Assembly: GCA_963814275.1 (NCBI GenBank)
Contig: CAWFCE010000002.1
Location: 811,263 to 875,262 of the forward strand
Length of the DNA: 64,000 bases
Direction of reading: 5' to 3'
Source of the DNA: Candidatus Parcubacteria bacterium
GTDB taxonomy: Bacteria > Patescibacteriota > Patescibacteriia > Patescibacteriales > UBA12075
Below the pieces are notes generated by a model. The model did no database searches. It saw only the letters and a list, made by a program, of their open reading frames with translations, and was not told where the DNA came from. This document shows, one piece after another, positions 60,010 to 64,000 of this stretch (position 1 is its first letter; each line of letters starts with the position of its first letter). Made by a program: the position numbers and the translations under genes.

Positions 60010-62358
60010 TTATTGTCCCGCTTCCGCCGTAGTTTCTTCCAAAAAAGTTGCCGGGGCGGAATATATCTTCGTACCGTTCAGGAAATACATCGTTTTTCCC
60101 GGTTCGTCGACATAGAAATCTTTCAAATTGTCGAATTTGTCCGCTTTGTACTGCTCGATGTACTGGCCGGTTTTATCGAAGAGTATCAGCCGTTTTTCCG
60201 ACGGTTCCAGAATATAGATGTATTTCTGATCCTGGGATACCTGGATCTTCGTCGTGGCGGACAGGGGAGGCTGGACCGCTGCCTCCAGACGGAAATCCTG
60301 CGGTTCGCCGCGCAGATATTTCAGGATTTGGCCGTCGGCCAGAAGGACATAGACATAGCCGTCTATCGCCAAGCCCTGGGCATTATTGAAATCGGCATCC
60401 CCCTGAACCCAGGCATACGGAGAGGAAAACGCGTTGCCGGAGCGGTTGAAGCGGTATATTTGGTCGTCTTCGCGGTCCAGGAGATAAAGGCGCCCGCTGT
60501 AAGTGGCCGCACCCGAGATTTGTTCGGATTTACCCAGCAGATTAATGGATAAGCCGGTCATTGTTTCATCTTTTGTAGACAGGGAAATAATCGATTGCTG
60601 GTTGAAATAATAAATATTTTCTTCATCGGCAAATGTCGGATACCAAAGCGTCTGGATGTCGAGGGAGACGTCGGTAACCGTGGTTACGGCATTGTTATCG
60701 GTATCGAGCACGTAGATCGACTTGTCCCGGCTGTCGGCGGCATACAATTTACCGCCTTGCGGAGAGAGGATTATATTATCCGGCTGAGCATTGCCGTTCA
60801 GGTTGGCTAAATCGGCCAATTCTACGGCGTCATCGATTCGCACCACCCGGCGGGTGATTTCGAGCTGTTCTTCGAGTTTCTTCTTGAAGGTGTTGTATTG
60901 TTCTTTTTGTTCGTCCGTTGCCTGCGGCAGCTGTTCCATCAGCGCCGTAATCTCTTCGAAGAGCTTCTGGGCTCCCGCCTCATTGCTGTAGAGCAGGCTG
61001 GCTTCCGCCTGATTCTGTTTGCGCTGGATCTCGTCAGCCAGCTCCCGGTATTGGTCTTCGATTGCCTGGTTATTCTGCCGCTGGCGATTGATCGCTATAT
61101 TGGCGAATAATACAGCCAGCAACACCAATGATGTCAGGAGAAGAATGCGGCGGAAATTGCTCATACCGGTCAAGAAGCGAAACACGCGCCGCAATTTGAG
61201 ATAGAAAATTGTCGGCAATTTACCGAATGACTCGCCGGCCTGGCGCCAATTAGCGGCTGTTTTAATGATAATATAGGCAATATTGATGAGCCATAGGAAA
61301 ATCGACTTTGCTCCCGATAACAGGCCTTTTATGGGAATTAATGATTTCCTTTTGCCGTACATCTTTTCTTTCAATATGATCGATTTATTTTCTCTGCCCG
61401 TTTTTTTGTCTTTGGAGCCGGAAAAGGAGGCGAAAGAAAACCATTTTTTCAGATTGATAAGGCCGGACGGAGAAAGCAGTGTTTCAGTGTTGTCTTCGGT
61501 GGCATTGAGTTCCGTAATGGAATCCTGGGTGTTTATGGGGGCGGCCAATTTCGGTTCCGCCGCCCGTTCCAGGCTGGTGCGTTTGATGAGTATTCCCAGG
61601 AATGGCACATAGGAGTTAATTTTTTCCAGGACGGTTTTTATCTGTTCGACCGCCCCTTGCGGCGGCAAAGTGGTGACGATATCGATCAACTGCTGGTTGC
61701 TCAGGTATTCGGGCAAGGCTTCATTGGCAACGAGGACATAACCCTTGGACGGAATTTGTCCGCTAACGACATTGGCAAAAAGCTTTTTTGGCGTGTTTAC
61801 CCCTTCTTCATTTCCCGGCTGTTCGGCAGCCAAGTCCGTGATCCTGTATTGCGACTTGCCGCTGTCACCGTCCCCGGACGGCTTCCGGGATCCGGCCTCT
61901 TTGGCCTTGTAAATCAGAAGAACTTTGTTTTTGCCCGTATTGGTGAAATATAGGGTTTGATTGTGGATCACGCCCGCGATAATATTGATCGCATCCAGAT
62001 TGATGGATAGCTTTTCGGCTTCCAGGAATTCCCGGAAATTGGTGTTGGTTTTGGCCAGCGCCATTTCGAAAATATGCTCCGGGGTCACCGTGGTGATCCG
62101 TTCGCGCAGGATTATCTTGTCATTCTGGTAATAATTCTGGACCAGCCGATCAATAAGAAAATTGATTATCTTCAGGCTGGCCTGAAGATTATTATCGATT
62201 TCGACCAAGACAAAAATTTTGCCCGCCAGTGTTTCTTTGATAGTATCCGGCTGGGCAATATAAAGCTCACTGGTTGTCGGGCTGTGTTTGGATGGGGTGA
62301 GATTGATTTGGGCTAATTTATAGCTCATATTACTTAATTTCATTGACGTTATTGCCAT
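60010..62358 (-). CDS. Large bitopic protein: N-terminal globular domain, TM helix, coiled coil, C-terminal beta-propeller-like repeats
   Basis: 782 aa. TM helix ILLLTSLVLLAVLFANIAI. A coiled coil follows (QAIEDQYRELADEIQRKQNQ...). The C-terminus has repeated [LIY]Y-x-x-D-x-x-x-x-x-[IL]-[YIL]-x-[FL]-[DN] blades (LYAADSRDKSIYVLD, LYLLDREDDQIYRFN, IYILEPSEKRLILFD). Confidence 0.8.
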   Translation of the reverse strand: MAITSMKLSNMSYKLAQINLTPSKHSPTTSELYIAQPDTIKETLAGKIFVLVEIDNNLQASLKIINFLIDRLVQNYYQNDKIILRERITTVTPEHIFEMALAKTNTNFREFLEAEKLSINLDAINIIAGVIHNQTLYFTNTGKNKVLLIYKAKEAGSRKPSGDGDSGKSQYRITDLAAEQPGNEEGVNTPKKLFANVVSGQIPSKGYVLVANEALPEYLSNQQLIDIVTTLPPQGAVEQIKTVLEKINSYVPFLGILIKRTSLERAAEPKLAAPINTQDSITELNATEDNTETLLSPSGLINLKKWFSFASFSGSKDKKTGRENKSIILKEKMYGKRKSLIPIKGLLSGAKSIFLWLINIAYIIIKTAANWRQAGESFGKLPTIFYLKLRRVFRFLTGMSNFRRILLLTSLVLLAVLFANIAINRQRQNNQAIEDQYRELADEIQRKQNQAEASLLYSNEAGAQKLFEEITALMEQLPQATDEQKEQYNTFKKKLEEQLEITRRVVRIDDAVELADLANLNGNAQPDNIILSPQGGKLYAADSRDKSIYVLDTDNNAVTTVTDVSLDIQTLWYPTFADEENIYYFNQQSIISLSTKDETMTGLSINLLGKSEQISGAATYSGRLYLLDREDDQIYRFNRSGNAFSSPYAWVQGDADFNNAQGLAIDGYVYVLLADGQILKYLRGEPQDFRLEAAVQPPLSATTKIQVSQDQKYIYILEPSEKRLILFDKTGQYIEQYKADKFDNLKDFYVDEPGKTMYFLNGTKIYSAPATFLEETTAEAGQ

Positions 62359-62416
62359 TATATTATACTATAAAGGGAGAGTAAAGGCAACACTGCGGGA
62401 GATAGGAAATTTGATA

Positions 62417-62477
62417 TTAGAAATTGGGAATATAATACATTTTATAGAGGTGCTTGGATTATATCCCAAATTTCTAA
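62417..62477. repeat. 20-bp-stem hairpin (18/20) within inverted GGAAATT/AATTTCC heptamer arrays in a divergent promoter region
   Basis: TTAGAAATTGGGAATATAAT (62417-62436) pairs with ATTATATCCCAAATTTCTAA (62458-62477). The tandem array AATTTCT|AATTTCC|AATTTCC|AATTTCT lies at 62469-62496. Reverse-complement units GGAAATT and AGAAATT lie at 62405-62425. Confidence 0.7.
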
Positions 62478-62556
62478 TTTCCAATTTCCAATTTCTAATA
62501 ATATTAAAGATAAGTTATCAGCTATTATAGCCAAATTATCCAATAGCCAATCATTT

Positions 62557-63228
62557 ATGCTTCACAAACTTTTCGGTTCACAGGCGCGGGTCAAGATACT
62601 CAAATTATTCCTGACCAATCCGGACAAGAAATTCTATATCCGGCAGATTTCGCGCGACCAGAAATTGCAGCTTAATTCGGTCCGGCGGGAGCTCGAAAAC
62701 CTGGAACAATTCGGCCTGCTTATATCCAACCCGGTCGATACGGACGAAGAGGGTGAAGCGGCCATGACCCGGGAGGATTTTATCAAACAGGTCAGGCCGG
62801 TTAAGGTAAAAGACAAAAAGAAAAGCAAGGATATACCGCTGAAACTGGAGAAAAAATATTACCAGGCCAATCGTGGTTTTATTCTGTACGAAGAGATCAA
62901 GGCCCTGATCATTAAGGCGCAAATGCTCTATGAACGCGATTTCATCGAGAAGCTCCATAAGGCCGGCAAGCCGAAGCTGCTTATTCTGACCGGATTTTTC
63001 GTGAATGATCCTGACAAACCGGTTGATCTCTTCGTGGTCGGCACGCTCAATAAGCAGCGTTTCGCCAGATTGATCCGGGAACTGGAAGCGGATCTGGGGC
63101 GCGAAGTCAATTATACCCATATGAGCACCCGCGAATTCCGCTACCGCCGCGATATCACGGATATTTTCCTTTATGGTATTTTGGAGGGGCGCAAGCTGGT
63201 GGTGATCGACGAATACGGGGTGAGTTAA
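62557..63228 (+). CDS. Winged-helix (ArsR/MarR-like N-terminus) putative transcriptional regulator with a C-terminal domain of unknown function
   Basis: FGSQARVKILKLFLTNPDKKFYIRQISRDQKLQLNSVRRELENLEQFGLL is wHTH-like. The rest is unassigned. Confidence 0.45.
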   Translation: MLHKLFGSQARVKILKLFLTNPDKKFYIRQISRDQKLQLNSVRRELENLEQFGLLISNPVDTDEEGEAAMTREDFIKQVRPVKVKDKKKSKDIPLKLEKKYYQANRGFILYEEIKALIIKAQMLYERDFIEKLHKAGKPKLLILTGFFVNDPDKPVDLFVVGTLNKQRFARLIRELEADLGREVNYTHMSTREFRYRRDITDIFLYGILEGRKLVVIDEYGVS

Positions 63229-63296
63229 AATAACTGATTGACACGGATTCGAGACTGATAATCACGGATCACGGATTTGAGTTAAATTTTTCAGGA

Positions 63297-63323
63297 AACC
63301 GACAGTTACGATTGTCGGTTTTT
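63297..63323 (+). terminator. Rho-independent terminator
   Basis: AACCGACA-GTTACGAT-TGTCGGTT-TTT. Confidence 0.65.
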
Positions 63324-63472
63324 ATGTTTTCAAGATACTTTTAAATTACCGTTAAATAATGTTATAATATAAAGGTAATAAAATAAACAGTGGAAAAATG
63401 CATAATTTAATTAATAAATTAAATATTTAAGGGAAACAGCTGGGATTTTGGGCTGTTTTTTAATAAAAATAT

Positions 63473-63796
63473 ATGGCAAATGACAATATGCAGGAGTTCA
63501 TCGAACAAATCATTAAAGAAGCTGGATTGGATAAGATGCCGCAAGATTTTCTGGAGGCTTATTCGGAAAAGGTAAGGACGGAAGCGGTAAAAAGGCTGGG
63601 GATAGTGGCAGTTAAGGAACTGAACGAAAAACAGATCGAGGAATTCAATAAATTGATGGAAGAGACCGGAAACGATGCGGCCAAAATGAACGAATATCTG
63701 GCGGAGAATATCGGTAATTTCCAGGAGAAGATGAGCCAGGCCTTGGCCGAATTCGGTCGGGAAGTAATCGAAAACGCGAAAAATTTAGTTTCTTAA
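63473..63796 (+). CDS. Small helical hypothetical protein (possibly DUF5663-like)
   Basis: 107 aa. GLDKMPQDFLEAYSEKV...ELNEKQIEEFNKLMEE...EYLAENIGNFQEKM resembles, from memory, a small family common in CPR genomes. Not verified. Confidence 0.5.
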   Translation: MANDNMQEFIEQIIKEAGLDKMPQDFLEAYSEKVRTEAVKRLGIVAVKELNEKQIEEFNKLMEETGNDAAKMNEYLAENIGNFQEKMSQALAEFGREVIENAKNLVS

Positions 63797-63806
63797 CGAT
63801 AAAACT

Positions 63807-63968
63807 ATGCCCGCAAAAAATCCAAAACCGGAGCAGATAAAAAAGCAGATCGAAAAGATCGAGAAAGATTTCGACAAGAAGCTGAATGAAATAATTTTCG
63901 AACGGGATAAAAAGATCAACGAGATTTTAGATAATATGAGGCTGCGCAAAACACGCAAGTCTATTTAA
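63807..63968 (+). CDS. Possible 53-aa Lys/Glu-rich small protein
   Basis: ATG at 63807 to TAA at 63966-63968 gives MPAKNPKPEQIKKQIEKIEKDFDKKLNEIIFERDKKINEILDNMRLRKTRKSI. It starts 10 nt after the previous stop and is below the ORF-track cutoff. Confidence 0.3.
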   Translation: MPAKNPKPEQIKKQIEKIEKDFDKKLNEIIFERDKKINEILDNMRLRKTRKSI

Positions 63969-64000
63969 GATATCCATATGGCGAACAAAGAAATCAAATC

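Noticed and set aside
59938-60552. 204-aa plus-strand ORF after rplL
   Set aside because: It starts inside the TTGGTTATT repeat region and runs antisense to the C-terminal beta-propeller part of the 782-aa minus-strand gene, which has coherent repeat blades. A strong terminator lies at 59882-59911, between rplL and this ORF.
1-64000. Alternative genetic code (UGA recoding, as in some CPR lineages such as Gracilibacteria/SR1)
   Set aside because: TGA terminates well-defined genes at the expected C-termini. eno ends at 41197-41199 with the normal C-terminal region. The ATGA stop/start overlaps at 3885, 13914, 24127, 34470 and 44285 also use TGA as the stop. Conserved proteins show no in-frame TGA.
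63978-64000. Possible start of another gene (ATGGCGAACAAAGAAATCAAATC) at the window edge
   Set aside because: Only 23 nt are visible, which is too little to support a call.

Overview
This 64-kb fragment is coded almost entirely on the plus strand; only 4 convincing genes lie on the minus strand. It uses the standard code, with TGA as a stop (for example eno and the 3685 gene). The gene content suggests a small-genome, Patescibacteria/CPR-like bacterium, but that is inference only. The clues are a free-standing four-helix-bundle (23S-IVS-type) gene, pilin-like modules, giant Cys-rich surface proteins, and rplJ-rplL without rplKA or rpoB next to them. No rRNA, tRNA, CRISPR array, transposase or integrase was recognised.

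The dominant feature is an AT-rich block from about 3.2 to 37.4 kb. It carries 15 radical-SAM (rSAM) genes with an intact Cys triad, one SPASM protein that has lost the triad, and one rSAM stub. Seven of the intact genes are tandem paralogues with an N-terminal 4-Cys (twitch-like) module. They are interleaved with sugar-activation and sugar-transfer enzymes: NTP-transferase, TagF-like, HisC-like aminotransferase, AKR-ferredoxin, GT4, AsnB-like, SDR-like, GT-B and an rSAM-GT2 fusion. I saw no exporter, polymerase or priming transferase. The left edge holds an Hxs-like module: two HxsD-like proteins, the triad-less HxsB-like protein and a small Cys-tailed membrane peptide.

Downstream are GC-richer housekeeping genes. 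These are tsaD-like, an A24 peptidase, eno, gpmI plus a domain-deleted gpmI paralogue with Ser->Cys at the nucleophile, uppP, pcm, manC-like, mltG and rplJ-rplL. Two paralogous giant secreted proteins also lie here. One has 8 CDGxDNDCD metal-binding-type repeats; the other has Ig/cadherin-like repeats and a canonical thrombospondin type-1 repeat.

Several intergenic regions carry short repeat systems. These are inverted arrays of 7-nt-periodic repeats with locus-specific units, an 18-nt motif in three copies, and GAACAC-type inverted repeats. The GAACAC repeats bracket the four-helix-bundle gene between eno and gpmI and recur as an 'empty' copy before the second gpm gene.

All functional calls come from reading motifs in the supplied translations. 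No database search was run.
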